NCBI GenBank assembly: GCA_965261975.1
Contig: CBDHEC010000036.1
Coordinates: 1 to 64,000 of the forward strand
DNA length: 64,000 nt
Source: Alphaproteobacteria bacterium
GTDB lineage: Bacteria; Pseudomonadota; Alphaproteobacteria; UBA6615
Direction of reading: 5' to 3'
Made by a program: the position numbers and the translations under genes. Shown one piece after another: positions 1 to 10,747 of this stretch. The stretch's first letter is position 1; each line of letters begins with the position of its first letter. The notes beneath the pieces are model-generated. The model was not told the DNA's origin, did no database searches, and saw only the letters and a program-made list of their open reading frames with translations.

Positions 1-2
1 CG

Positions 3-362
3 CGGTTGATGCATATCGGCATCAAGGCCATGGCCGACCGGCGTTTCGATGATGCGGTAGAGGTTTATACCGCGTTGATCGACCAGGCGCCGGACTATGC
101 GGAGGCGTGGAACAAGCGGGCCACGGTCTATTTTATCCAGGGCAAGTTGGCGCTTTCATCGGCGGATGTGAAAAAGACCCTGGCGCTTGAGCCCCGGCAT
201 TTTGGCGCGCTTAGCGGCCTGGGACAGATCGAGATGCTGCGTGGAAACGGCGATGCGGCGCTCAAGGCATTCGAAGACGCGTTGAAGGTTCACCCCCGGT
301 TGCCGGGCATGCAGGCTCTCATTCGAGATCTGAAACAACGGGTGCGCGGCCAGGAACTTTAG
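3..362 (+). CDS. Tetratricopeptide-repeat protein, 5' truncated by window edge
   Basis: TPR-like helices (PDYAEAWNKRATVYF, LEPRHFGALSGLG); frame open to window start. Confidence 0.8.
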   Translation, partial: RLMHIGIKAMADRRFDDAVEVYTALIDQAPDYAEAWNKRATVYFIQGKLALSSADVKKTLALEPRHFGALSGLGQIEMLRGNGDAALKAFEDALKVHPRLPGMQALIRDLKQRVRGQEL

Positions 363-464
363 ATGCCGCGATTAACGTCGGGTTCGGGGCTCGACTTTTG
401 CGACCGCACAGCCGATGTTTCATGCATCAGCTAGTTTGAATTCCTCTCGCCGGAAGGTCGTCCC

Positions 465-1676
465 ATGTCTCAGGCACTTGGCCGAAAACAGCTAATCGTG
501 ATGGGCGCGGGCGCGGGCCTGCTCGCCGTTGCACTGGGGGTGCGCCAGGGCATGGGTTTCTTCCTGGTGCCGATGACGGTCGATCTTGAGTGGAGCCGGG
601 AGCTCTTCGGCCTCGCGATGGCGGTCCAGAACCTGATCTGGGGGGCTTTCCAGCCGCTCGCGGGCGGGCTCGCCGACCGCTACGGCTCTGGCAAGGTCAT
701 CATGGGCGGCGGGGCGCTGTATGCCCTGGGTGTCGTGGGCATGGCGAGTGCCGTGACACCGACGGAATTGCTGATTTCCGGCGGTGTGCTTATCGGTCTG
801 GGCATGAGCGGCGCAGGTATTTCCGTGGTGTATGGCGCGGTGGCGCGTCTCGTGGTGCCCGAGAAACGAACCTATGCATTGGCCATCGTCAGTACCATCG
901 GTGCACTGGGGCCGTTTGTGCTGCCCAAGGTCACCCAGGTCTTGATCGGGGGTTTCGGCTGGGAATGGTCGCTGCTGGCGACCGCGGCGGTCGTGGCCTT
1001 GATGATCCCGCTCGGCGGCATGATGCGCGGGAAAGCGATCGAAGAAGGCGGTGCCTCACCCCAGAGCTGGTCCCAGGCGCTGAGTGAAGCACGCAAGAGC
1101 CGCGGCTATCTATTGTTGGTGGCCGGTTTTTTCGTTTGCGGTTTCCACGTGACCTTCATCGGAACCCATCTGCCGGGATTTGTTGCCTGGTGCGGGCTTG
1201 CGGTCGGCGTTGGCGGCACGGCGCTGACGGTCATCGGCGGCGGCAATATCCTCGGCACCTACCTTGCCGGTGTCTTGAGCAATCGCTTCCGGCAGAAGAA
1301 TCTGCTCAGCCTGATCTATCTCGCGCGCGCGCTGCTCATCGCCTGGCTGATGTTGATGCCCAAGACTGAATTGACGATCTACATCTTCTCTGGCGTGTTC
1401 GGCCTGCTTTGGCTGTCGACGGTGCCGCTGACCAGCGGAGTCGTGGCCAAGATGTTCGGCGCGCGCCATCTGGGCATGCTGTTCGGGCTGGTGTTCTTCA
1501 GTCACCAGATCGGGGCGTTCCTGGGCGCCTGGCTCGGCGGCCTGAACTTCGATGTGACCGGCGACTACAATGCGGTCTGGTACACCTCGATCCTGCTGGG
1601 TCTGCTTGCGGCAGCACTCCACTGGCCGATCCGGGACGAGCCTGTCGAACGGCTGTTGTCGACACAATCGGCCTGA
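465..1676 (+). CDS. Major facilitator superfamily transporter
   Basis: 403 aa, about 12 hydrophobic segments, motif A GGLADRYGSG; GGAAGG upstream. Confidence 0.9.
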   Translation: MSQALGRKQLIVMGAGAGLLAVALGVRQGMGFFLVPMTVDLEWSRELFGLAMAVQNLIWGAFQPLAGGLADRYGSGKVIMGGGALYALGVVGMASAVTPTELLISGGVLIGLGMSGAGISVVYGAVARLVVPEKRTYALAIVSTIGALGPFVLPKVTQVLIGGFGWEWSLLATAAVVALMIPLGGMMRGKAIEEGGASPQSWSQALSEARKSRGYLLLVAGFFVCGFHVTFIGTHLPGFVAWCGLAVGVGGTALTVIGGGNILGTYLAGVLSNRFRQKNLLSLIYLARALLIAWLMLMPKTELTIYIFSGVFGLLWLSTVPLTSGVVAKMFGARHLGMLFGLVFFSHQIGAFLGAWLGGLNFDVTGDYNAVWYTSILLGLLAAALHWPIRDEPVERLLSTQSA

Positions 1677-1825
1677 TTTCTCGCTCTTTTCCGGGCGATA
1701 ACACCGCAGCAACTAGTTTATTCCGTTTCGCTGTTTTCAAGCAGCCGTGACTTGTTTTCGCGCGTGCGCATCCCCATCGTATGGGCACAGCGCATGGATT
1801 TGCGCAGGCACGAACGGAGAATGAC

Positions 1826-2803
1826 ATGCTGGTCAAGGTGAAGCGGGGCTGGGAACTGCCCGAGAGCGCGGTCACACCCGAGGACATCTATCTCAATCGC
1901 CGCCAGATCGTGAAAGCGCTGGGTATCGCCCCCGCCGTTGCGGCATCGGCGAGCGTGCTGCCGACCGGCACGGCGATGGCCGCGACGGATCCGTCCGCCG
2001 GCCTCTACCCGGTGCCGCGCAACGAGAAGTACACGGTCGAACGCCCGCTGACGACCGAGAAAGAAGCCACCTCCTACAACAATTTCTACGAGTTCGGCTC
2101 CCATAAGAAGATCTCGCGCGCCGCCCAGCGGCTCCAGACGCGCCCGTGGAACATCATCATCGACGGTATGGTCGAGAAGGAATTCGAGATCGGCATCGAC
2201 GATCTGCTCAAGCAGGTCCAGCTTGAGGAGCGTGTCTATCGCTTTCGCTGTGTCGAGGCCTGGGCCATGACGGTGCCCTGGTCGGGGTTTGCGATGAAGC
2301 AGCTGGTCGATCTGGCCAGGCCGACCTCGGGCGCCAAGTATGTGATGATGCAGACGATCGCGGAGAGCAAGGCGGAGATGCCCGGCCTGCGCCAGTTCTG
2401 GTATCCGTGGCCCTATCAGGAGGGCCTGACGATGGAAGAGGCGACCAACGATCTCGCCTTCATGGTCACAGGCCTCTACGGCAAGCCGGTGCCACCGCAG
2501 AACGGCGCGCCCCTGCGGTTGGCGGTCCCGTGGAAATACGGGTTCAAGTCGATCAAGTCGATCATCCGCTTCTCCTTCACGGACAAGAAGCCCAAGACCT
2601 TCTGGGAATCCCTGCAGGACAAGGAGTATGGCTTCTGGGCCAACGTCAATCCCGAGGTTGACCATCCGCGCTGGAGCCAGGCCACCGAGTGGCTGCTGGG
2701 GAGGCGTCAAAGCGATCGGGTCCCGTCCCAGCTATACAACGGCTATGGGGAATTTGTGGCCGGCATGTATCCGGCCGACGCGGACGATTCCTACTTCCGC
2801 TAG
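1826..2803 (+). CDS. msrP: Protein-methionine-sulfoxide reductase catalytic subunit MsrP (YedY), molybdoenzyme
   Basis: Tat motif NRRQIVK; YNNFYEFG, RFRCVEAW, NGAPLRLAVPWKYGFKSIK, NVNPEVDHPRWSQA; start at ATG 1826 after GGAG. Confidence 0.95.
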   Translation: MLVKVKRGWELPESAVTPEDIYLNRRQIVKALGIAPAVAASASVLPTGTAMAATDPSAGLYPVPRNEKYTVERPLTTEKEATSYNNFYEFGSHKKISRAAQRLQTRPWNIIIDGMVEKEFEIGIDDLLKQVQLEERVYRFRCVEAWAMTVPWSGFAMKQLVDLARPTSGAKYVMMQTIAESKAEMPGLRQFWYPWPYQEGLTMEEATNDLAFMVTGLYGKPVPPQNGAPLRLAVPWKYGFKSIKSIIRFSFTDKKPKTFWESLQDKEYGFWANVNPEVDHPRWSQATEWLLGRRQSDRVPSQLYNGYGEFVAGMYPADADDSYFR

Positions 2804-2868
2804 GCGCTTGCACGCCGCCGGGTCTGCACAGGTGCTTCGACCCGCGCTTTCGCAAAACTGACATACGG

Positions 2869-2900
2869 AAAAAATAAAGCCGGGCCCCGAAGGGCCCGGC
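2869..2900 (-). terminator. Rho-independent terminator of the putative sRNA
   Basis: GCCGGGCCC-UUCG-GGGCCCGGC followed by UUUAUUUUUU on minus strand. Confidence 0.85.
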
Positions 2901-3016
2901 AGTTGAACAGGGAGGCGTTACGTCTGGGAGACGCCGAGGCCATGTTCAGGGGCCTCGAAGCCGCTGGTTTACTGGGAGGGACAAACCAGCAGCGTGGTGC
3001 GTGTCGCACCGTGTGT
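2869..3016 (-). ncRNA. Putative AbcR/alpha-r15-like trans-acting sRNA (5' end approximate)
   Basis: Minus strand: hairpin 2963-2990 with loop GUCCCUCCCAGU, second CUCCCAG (2924-2930), CCUCCC (2910-2915), terminator with cUUCGg loop and U-tract; directly downstream of lsrB/vtlR-like gene as for rhizobial abcR. Confidence 0.7.
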
Positions 3017-3074
3017 ACCCGATAGATAGTGCGCCGACGCCCCGAGGAGGAGGCGGCTAAACCGTTAACCAGAT

Positions 3075-3089
3075 ATGCGCAAAACGCAT
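3075..3089. promoter_or_regulatory. LysR recognition box (T-N11-A) upstream of sRNA
   Basis: ATGCG-CAAAA-CGCAT interrupted palindrome about 60-70 nt upstream of inferred sRNA start. Confidence 0.55.
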
Positions 3090-3134
3090 GTCTAAAAACT
3101 GTTTGATTTCAGAGGTTTGTCGGAAAGCCGAATT

Positions 3135-4028
3135 CTAGAAGCGGGTTTGGGCAACCTTGCTCAGCAGAAAGTCCCGGAAAACCGCGATTCTCTGGGAACT
3201 GCGCATTTCCTCGGGATATACGAAATACGCATCGTTTCCGGGACCCTCGAGTTCGGGCAGGACCCGCACCAGATTCTTGGCTTCACGGGCTAGAAAGTCC
3301 GGCAATCCGGCAACACCGATCCCGGCCTCGACCGCACGGAACATGCCGTACAGGTTGTTCAGGGTCAGAACCTTGCGGGGTTCCTCGTTGGTTGCGTCGC
3401 GGACGGCATTTAGCAGCCAGTTGATATTCGGCGCGGGCATGGCGACATCCTCGCCATAGACCACGAGGTCGTGGTTCGCCAAGTCCCTGACCTTCTCCGG
3501 CATGCCCCGGCTTTGCAGATACTCAGGCGATGCAAAGACATGGGTGTGGACCCGCGTGAGGCGACGCTGGATCAGGTCGCCCTGGGTGGGTGGGGTCAGG
3601 CGGATGGCACAATCGGCTTCTCGCATGGACACATCGAGCTCTTCATCCGTGGTGATCAGGTTCACCTCGATATCCGGGTAGAGATCGATGAACTCGTTGA
3701 TGCGTGGCGTCAGCCAAAGCGACCCCAGCCCCACCGTCGTGGCAATCTTCAGTTCCCCTTGCGGGCGTTCCTGGGAATCCGTGAGACGGGCCTCGACCAT
3801 GGTGAGTTTGGCGAACACGTCATGCACGGTTCGATAGAGCAATTCGCCTTGTTCGGTCAGGATCAGGCCCCGGGCATGGCGGTGAAACAGGCGTGACCCC
3901 AGGCTGTCTTCCAGCGAACTGATTTGCCGGCTGACCGCCGACTGGCTTAGATGCAGGGTCTCGCCCGCATGGGTAAAGCTGCCGGCGTCCGCGACGGCGT
4001 GAAATATCCGCAGTTTGTCCCAATCCAT
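3135..4028 (-). CDS. lsrB: LysR-type regulator, LsrB/VtlR ortholog
   Basis: MDWDKLRIFHAVADAGSFTHAG...LFHRHARGLILTEQGE; downstream of trxB as in Rhizobiales; start 4028 or 4034. Confidence 0.85.
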   Translation of the reverse strand: MDWDKLRIFHAVADAGSFTHAGETLHLSQSAVSRQISSLEDSLGSRLFHRHARGLILTEQGELLYRTVHDVFAKLTMVEARLTDSQERPQGELKIATTVGLGSLWLTPRINEFIDLYPDIEVNLITTDEELDVSMREADCAIRLTPPTQGDLIQRRLTRVHTHVFASPEYLQSRGMPEKVRDLANHDLVVYGEDVAMPAPNINWLLNAVRDATNEEPRKVLTLNNLYGMFRAVEAGIGVAGLPDFLAREAKNLVRVLPELEGPGNDAYFVYPEEMRSSQRIAVFRDFLLSKVAQTRF

Positions 4029-4092
4029 GGCCATGTGGCCGTTCCCCCAAGGATTGCCCCCACGGGGGGCGTGCGCGCGGCGTGTGCGCTGT

Positions 4093-5064
4093 TTATTCGG
4101 CGGCGTCCTGTGCGACCTCATCCTCGTGCGCGGCGATAAACTTCTCGGCCTCAAGCGCGGCCATGCAGCCCATGCCGGCCGCTGTCACGGCCTGGCGGTA
4201 GATCTTGTCCTTGACGTCGCCCGCGGCGAAGACGCCGGGAATGTTGGTCGCCGTGCTGTCAGGCGCGGTGATCAGGTATCCCTCATCGTCCATGTCCAGC
4301 TTACCCTGGAAAACCTTCGTGTTCGGGTCGTGACCGATGGCGATGAACACGCCGTCGACCTCGAGATCGCTGTTGTCGCCGCTTTTGACGTTCTTCAGCT
4401 TCGCGCCGGTCACCCCCGGCGGGTCTTCGGTCCCCACCACCTCTTCCAGGACGGTATCCCATGCCACGTCGATCTTTTCGTGGCGCAGGAGGCGGTCTTG
4501 CATGATCTTCTCTGCCCGCAGCTCGTCGCGGCGATGGATCAGGGTCACCTTGGAGGCGAAATTCGTCAGGAACAGTGCTTCTTCAACCGCCGTGTTGCCG
4601 CCGCCGATCACCGCGACTGGCTTGTCGCGATAGAAAAAACCGTCGCAGGTCGCGCAGGCCGACACGCCGAAGCCAGAGTATTTCTGTTCGCTTTCGAGGC
4701 CGAGCCATTTCGCCGACGCGCCCGTCGCGACGATGACCGTGTCGCCCGTGTAAACATCACCGGAATCCCCGGTGCAGGTGAACGGCGTGGTGCTGAAGTC
4801 CACATCGACGATCAGGTCGTCCATGATTCTCGTGCCGACCTTCTCGGCCTGTTCGACCATCTGCTCCATCAGCCAGGGTCCCTGGATCACGTCGGCAAAG
4901 CCCGGGAAGTTCTCGACTTCCGTCGTGATGGTGAGCTGGCCGCCCGGCTGCATGCCGTGCACCATCATCGGCTGGAGGTTCGCGCGCGCGGCGTAGATGG
5001 CCGCGGTGCAGCCGGCGGCGCCGGAGCCGAGGATCAGAACCTTGGAATGATGGGTCTCGGACAT
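4093..5064 (-). CDS. trxB: Thioredoxin-disulfide reductase
   Basis: GSGAAG, CATC active site, GGGNTAVEEA, FAAGDV. Confidence 0.97.
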   Translation of the reverse strand: MSETHHSKVLILGSGAAGCTAAIYAARANLQPMMVHGMQPGGQLTITTEVENFPGFADVIQGPWLMEQMVEQAEKVGTRIMDDLIVDVDFSTTPFTCTGDSGDVYTGDTVIVATGASAKWLGLESEQKYSGFGVSACATCDGFFYRDKPVAVIGGGNTAVEEALFLTNFASKVTLIHRRDELRAEKIMQDRLLRHEKIDVAWDTVLEEVVGTEDPPGVTGAKLKNVKSGDNSDLEVDGVFIAIGHDPNTKVFQGKLDMDDEGYLITAPDSTATNIPGVFAAGDVKDKIYRQAVTAAGMGCMAALEAEKFIAAHEDEVAQDAAE

Positions 5065-5152
5065 GGTGTGGGCGTCCTCTGTGTTGTTCGTTGTGGCGGC
5101 ATGCGGCGGCGCGGATGCCTGCCTCGTTGCTGATAACTAGATAGTCGGGGCA

Positions 5153-5178
5153 CCGGCGGGTGGCAAGCCACCTGCCGG
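5153..5178. repeat. Intergenic inverted repeat between frmA and trxB
   Basis: CCGGCGGGTGGC-AA-GCCACCTGCCGG. Confidence 0.5.
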
Positions 5179-5225
5179 AAACTCACCCGTGAAGTCAGGT
5201 TCAGAATGCGATTCAGGCCATCACG

Positions 5226-6335
<1,110 letters not shown>

Positions 6336-6427
6336 GGCGTTCCTCCCGGATGTGCGGATGTTTTCGTTGCCTCGGAGTGTCCCAAGGCGGGGCGGGGAGT
6401 GCAAGTAAATCGGCGGCGGATTCGGGC

Positions 6428-7159
6428 CTACCCCAACACCCGCGCGTAGAGGTCGAACATCTTGCCCCAGACGATCTCGGCCGATTCCTCATGATAGACC
6501 GGGCGCTGGGGGAAGGCGAAGCCGTGTTCCGTCCCCGGAAAAGTCTCGATCTCGTGGGGCACGCCGGCATTGTCCAGCGCGGCGGTGAGATCGGGGATCA
6601 CGTTGTCCGGCACCCAGTGATCATGCTCGGCGAAGGCGTAGTACATCTCGCCCTCGATCCGGGGTGCGAGCAGGTGCGGGGAGTCGTCATGCTCGGTCAC
6701 GATCCAGACCCCGTAGAGCGAGACGTTGGCGGCGAAGCGGTCGGGGAAGCGCCCGGCGACGGTGGTGATGAAGGCGCCGCTCATGCAGTAGCCCACCGAA
6801 CCCATGGGCCCGTCCGACGCGTTATCGTCGTCGCCAAGCGCCGAAAGGATCGCGCCGGTGTCGCTCGCCACGCCCGCATTGGTCAGGCTGTGCCAGGCGG
6901 CGAAGATCATCTCGCCCATCTTCTCGGTGCGCTCGGCCAGGTTGAAGCGCAGCAGGCCGAGCCGGTAGTAGAGGTCCGGCAGAATCGCATAGTAGCCTTG
7001 GCTGGCGATCCGCCGCGCGAAGTCGTAGAGCTCCTCGCGGATGCCCGGCGCGTCCATATAGATGACGATGACCGGGTGGGGGCCGGGTTCATCGGGCCAG
7101 GCCGCGAAGCTGGGCATGACCCCGTCGGGGGTCGTGATGTCGAACTCTTTCTCGGCCAA
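6428..7159 (-). CDS. Dienelactone hydrolase family protein
   Basis: GYCMSG nucleophile elbow, [15 protein letters not shown]. Confidence 0.88.
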   Translation of the reverse strand: MAEKEFDITTPDGVMPSFAAWPDEPGPHPVIVIYMDAPGIREELYDFARRIASQGYYAILPDLYYRLGLLRFNLAERTEKMGEMIFAAWHSLTNAGVASDTGAILSALGDDDNASDGPMGSVGYCMSGAFITTVAGRFPDRFAANVSLYGVWIVTEHDDSPHLLAPRIEGEMYYAFAEHDHWVPDNVIPDLTAALDNAGVPHEIETFPGTEHGFAFPQRPVYHEESAEIVWGKMFDLYARVLG

Positions 7160-7170
7160 GGTCGCGTCTC

Positions 7171-8022
7171 CTACCTCGCGGGAAGCGTACGCAGATAGGC
7201 GACGATCGCCTGGAGGTCTTCCTCCTTGATTTTGGCGTAGTAGGGATACGCCATGGGTGGCAGCATCTTCGAGCCATCGGGCCGGGTGCCGGTGGTGATC
7301 GCCTGCCGGATCTCCTCATAAGACTTGTCGGCGAGGCCGGTCGGCGTGAGGTTCGTCGATACGCTGACGCCCCAGGGGCCATGGAATTCGAACCCGCCCG
7401 CGCCGGTCTGGTTCATCCAGTCCGGTCCCTTCGGGCCCATCGGCGAGTGACATTCGATGCAGTGGCCGGCAGGTCCGGCCAGGTAGGCGCCGTAGGCGAC
7501 CCTGTCGTCGGGTGAGACCGATGGTACGGAACCCACCGGCGGGCCATAGGCCGGCGGCAGCGGGATGCGGTAGACCGACTTGGGAATCTCGTTCTTCACC
7601 GGCTTGACCGTGCGCAGGTAGGCGACGATGGCCTGCACGTCCCAGTCGGACAGGCCGCGATACAGGCCGATGGGCATCGGCGGGCCGATGATCGAGCCGT
7701 CGGGACGTTTGCCTTCGCGGATCGAGGCGATGATCTGTTCATCGGTCCAGCTGCCGATCCCCATTTCCTTGTCCTGGGTGATGTTCGGCGCGTTCGCATC
7801 GAAAGCCGGGTTTTTCTCGAACGGCGACATGCCGGCCAGCTCCATGCCTGGAATCTCCCCATTCGGGCCCTTCGGCGTGTGGCAATTGCCGCACGCGACG
7901 ATCGATTCCATCAGATAGGTGCCACGCTCCAGCAGGGTTTCTGCAGATGCGTTCTGCGCGCCGGATATCAAGCCCAAAGACAGAGCCGCCGCGAACGCGA
8001 CCGCAAATGCTCGAATTTTCAT
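7171..8022 (-). CDS. Periplasmic diheme cytochrome c
   Basis: Signal peptide; two CxxCH motifs (CGNCH, CIECH); duplicated NITQD/NLTP...PPM halves. Confidence 0.88.
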   Translation of the reverse strand: MKIRAFAVAFAAALSLGLISGAQNASAETLLERGTYLMESIVACGNCHTPKGPNGEIPGMELAGMSPFEKNPAFDANAPNITQDKEMGIGSWTDEQIIASIREGKRPDGSIIGPPMPIGLYRGLSDWDVQAIVAYLRTVKPVKNEIPKSVYRIPLPPAYGPPVGSVPSVSPDDRVAYGAYLAGPAGHCIECHSPMGPKGPDWMNQTGAGGFEFHGPWGVSVSTNLTPTGLADKSYEEIRQAITTGTRPDGSKMLPPMAYPYYAKIKEEDLQAIVAYLRTLPAR

Positions 8023-8103
8023 GTAATCCCCCAAAAAAACAACTTGTCCCTCGAAACGAGGATAGCACCGGGACGGGGCGCGAGCGAGAGCCCTGGGGTT
8101 AGC

Positions 8104-10080
8104 TCAGAATCCGAACATGTGATCGAGCGAGAAGGCGTTGCCGTCGCGCGCGATCAGGCCGTGATAACCAAACAGACGACAGGTGGTGTCGCGGATCAGT
8201 ACGTAGCCTGTGCCGGCTGCGCCCGGTTCGGCTGCCGCCGCGCGGGCCTCGGCATCGAAGGTCTCGCTGAGGCGGAAATGGACCGACCCGCCACATGGGA
8301 TATGGAGGGTCTCCTCGGCCACAACATGACCGCTGCCGTCATGCAGCTGCAACTGGGTCTCGGATGTCGCATGCCATGGGGTCGAGGCGGGATAAATCAG
8401 GTGGCAGAAGGTGTCGTGGTCGTCGTCGGCGACGGCCATCGCCGGGTCGGTGCGCAGATACAGGCGCGTCGAGAGGCCCGGCGCGGCACCTGAATAGGAT
8501 TGCGGCTCATTGTTCCAGGTCAGGACGGTGTTGAAGATATGCGCGCCGAAGCTCGTCTCTGCCGCATGGCCAGACCCGCGCGCCTCGTATCGGAACAGCC
8601 CGTGCAGCCAACCGTCGACGCCGCGCGTCGCCACGGAGAAATCATAAATCAGTTCCATATGGCCGGCGGTCTCGCGCAGCGCGTCGGAACCGTTGAGGGC
8701 ATCATCCACGTCGAGCGCGACGCTGTCTGTGCGGGCCAACTCGCCGAAAGCGTGCTGGCCGACCTCCTGTCCGGCGGCGTCATAGAACAGCGCGCGCAGC
8801 GGCAGGGTTTCCTGGGTCGTCGACATCGGCGTGGGCAATGCGATGGACCGGAAGCTGTCACGCGGCAGGATCGGCGCGGGCAGGATGAAGCCCTTGCCCA
8901 TGAGGTTGCCGATCTCGGCGATCCGCGGGTCCGGCTCCAGGTCAACGCGCTCGACATTCACATGGGCCGTGCGCCTACGTTGGACCTTGTTTTCCGCACG
9001 GGTCTCGATCTCGTAACGCGGGCGCACGAAATGCTTGCCCGCCTGGACTTCGATCTGTGCGGGCCATTGCGCATCGGGCAGGAGGTCGGCGGCATCGAGG
9101 GCATAGGTGCCGAACGGCGCGATCTCATGGTCGAGCGAGGCGATCTGATCGTTGCCCATGAGATTGAGGCCAACGGCGCCGGCGGGAATGGGGCAGGGGT
9201 GGCTGTTCTGAATCCACAAGACCACCCGTTCATCGGGCTTGGGTGCCGGAAGGCCGGCAAAGAAGTCGGCAGGCCAGGCGTTGGCATCGTGGGTGCAGGA
9301 CAGGTCCCGGGGGTCGTCGCCAAAGGTGTCGAGCGCGTATTTGACGATGTCATGTCCGGTGGCGCCGATCGCATGGACGAACAACTGGCCGGTGAAGTCT
9401 TCGAGGCCGAACCGGGCACAGACGTCCGCACTGTCGATCGTCACGCCACCCGGTGCGTCGGGCAAGGCCAGATCCCATTCGGCACAGGTCTCGCCATGTT
9501 CGTCGATGAGTGTGAGCCACAGGGTGACATTCGCACCGCCATAGCGATGCCAGTAATTTGCTGTCGCGATGCGGGTGTGCAGTCGTCCGCCGCGCCCGTC
9601 GGGAACATCGCGGAAGAATGCGAAATTCGTCGCGAAATTCTGTGGGTCGAGATAGCGCCGCTTGTTGGTCAGCCGGTCCTTGGGCAGCCGGAGCTCATCG
9701 AGCGTGACGACTTCCATGCCGTCGGGGATGAGTTGCGAAATGTCGCGCAGCACCTTGTCGGCGTCGAAGGCGACGACCAGAAGATGCGACGCGTTGGAAG
9801 AGGCCAGATCGGTCACGGGCTGGGTCGTCTGCTCCAGCACCTTCTGGCCGAGATCGCCCAGGTCCTGGACCAGGACTTCGTGAATCGGGAGGGTGGCGAG
9901 CGGAAACAATTCCGCCAGCGCCGGTGCGAACCCGGACGGGTCGTAGACCGCGACCGCGCGGGCGTCGGCCAGACGCGCGATCATTGCCTTGGCCAGGGGC
10001 GCTACCGCGGGATGGCCGGCGGCCTTGAAGAAAGGAAAGCCGCCCTTGACGTTCGAGAAGGTATCGATGTTAAGCGTCAT
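8104..10080 (-). CDS. Large hypothetical protein (about 658 aa)
   Basis: Long ORF with coding-like composition; ATG overlaps stop of the upstream oxygenase (ATGA); no recognised motif. Confidence 0.75.
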   Translation of the reverse strand: MTLNIDTFSNVKGGFPFFKAAGHPAVAPLAKAMIARLADARAVAVYDPSGFAPALAELFPLATLPIHEVLVQDLGDLGQKVLEQTTQPVTDLASSNASHLLVVAFDADKVLRDISQLIPDGMEVVTLDELRLPKDRLTNKRRYLDPQNFATNFAFFRDVPDGRGGRLHTRIATANYWHRYGGANVTLWLTLIDEHGETCAEWDLALPDAPGGVTIDSADVCARFGLEDFTGQLFVHAIGATGHDIVKYALDTFGDDPRDLSCTHDANAWPADFFAGLPAPKPDERVVLWIQNSHPCPIPAGAVGLNLMGNDQIASLDHEIAPFGTYALDAADLLPDAQWPAQIEVQAGKHFVRPRYEIETRAENKVQRRRTAHVNVERVDLEPDPRIAEIGNLMGKGFILPAPILPRDSFRSIALPTPMSTTQETLPLRALFYDAAGQEVGQHAFGELARTDSVALDVDDALNGSDALRETAGHMELIYDFSVATRGVDGWLHGLFRYEARGSGHAAETSFGAHIFNTVLTWNNEPQSYSGAAPGLSTRLYLRTDPAMAVADDDHDTFCHLIYPASTPWHATSETQLQLHDGSGHVVAEETLHIPCGGSVHFRLSETFDAEARAAAAEPGAAGTGYVLIRDTTCRLFGYHGLIARDGNAFSLDHMFGF

Positions 10081-10706
10081 GGCGCCTGCTTGCCCGCGAT
10101 TTTCTTGAAGAAGGCGGATATCGAATGGCGTATCTGCTCGCGCAGCTTGTAGCGTCGGTTGATCACCCAATTCAGCTGGATGGTCCGGCGTTCGCCGTCA
10201 AAGGGCTGGTGGCCGTGCCAGGCATTGGGGATGCAGGGGAACGCCAACAGGGTTCCCTCGTCGGGTGGCACCTCGACGGCGTAATCCTCGAGATCGTCGG
10301 GGCTGCGCAGCAGACGGAGCTGTCCGCCGGAATCTTCCCATGAGGGGTTCATGTAGAGCAGCACCGTCACCAGCTTGCCGGATGAATCGGTGTGGATCTT
10401 TCCGTCCGTCGGCCGCGCGCGCCCACGCACCGTGACCATGGTCGGTTTATCGGTCAGATCGAGCCCCAGTTTGTCGCCCAGCGCGGCGGCCATCTCGGGG
10501 CCCTCGAGTGCCTTCAGCAGAGCCGCGAAGCCCGGTCCATATCGAAGTTGGGTGGTCGGAAAGCTGCCCGGACGTTCGATGGATGGAAAATCCTCATGGG
10601 CCGCGCGCAGCGCGTCTTGCGAAATGAGGCCCGGCACGAGGACATGAGCAAACGGGTCATGTCCGACGGGGGCTGACCCCAAGGCTGCGAAGTCGATGAC
10701 TGACAT
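10077..10706 (-). CDS. 2OG-Fe(II) oxygenase family protein
   Basis: HTD...WHGH...R facial triad and 2OG-binding Arg (GERRTIQLNW). Confidence 0.85.
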   Translation of the reverse strand: MSVIDFAALGSAPVGHDPFAHVLVPGLISQDALRAAHEDFPSIERPGSFPTTQLRYGPGFAALLKALEGPEMAAALGDKLGLDLTDKPTMVTVRGRARPTDGKIHTDSSGKLVTVLLYMNPSWEDSGGQLRLLRSPDDLEDYAVEVPPDEGTLLAFPCIPNAWHGHQPFDGERRTIQLNWVINRRYKLREQIRHSISAFFKKIAGKQAP

Positions 10707-10747
10707 ACATATTTCTTAGATCGCGACTCGCGCGAATGCAAACGATG

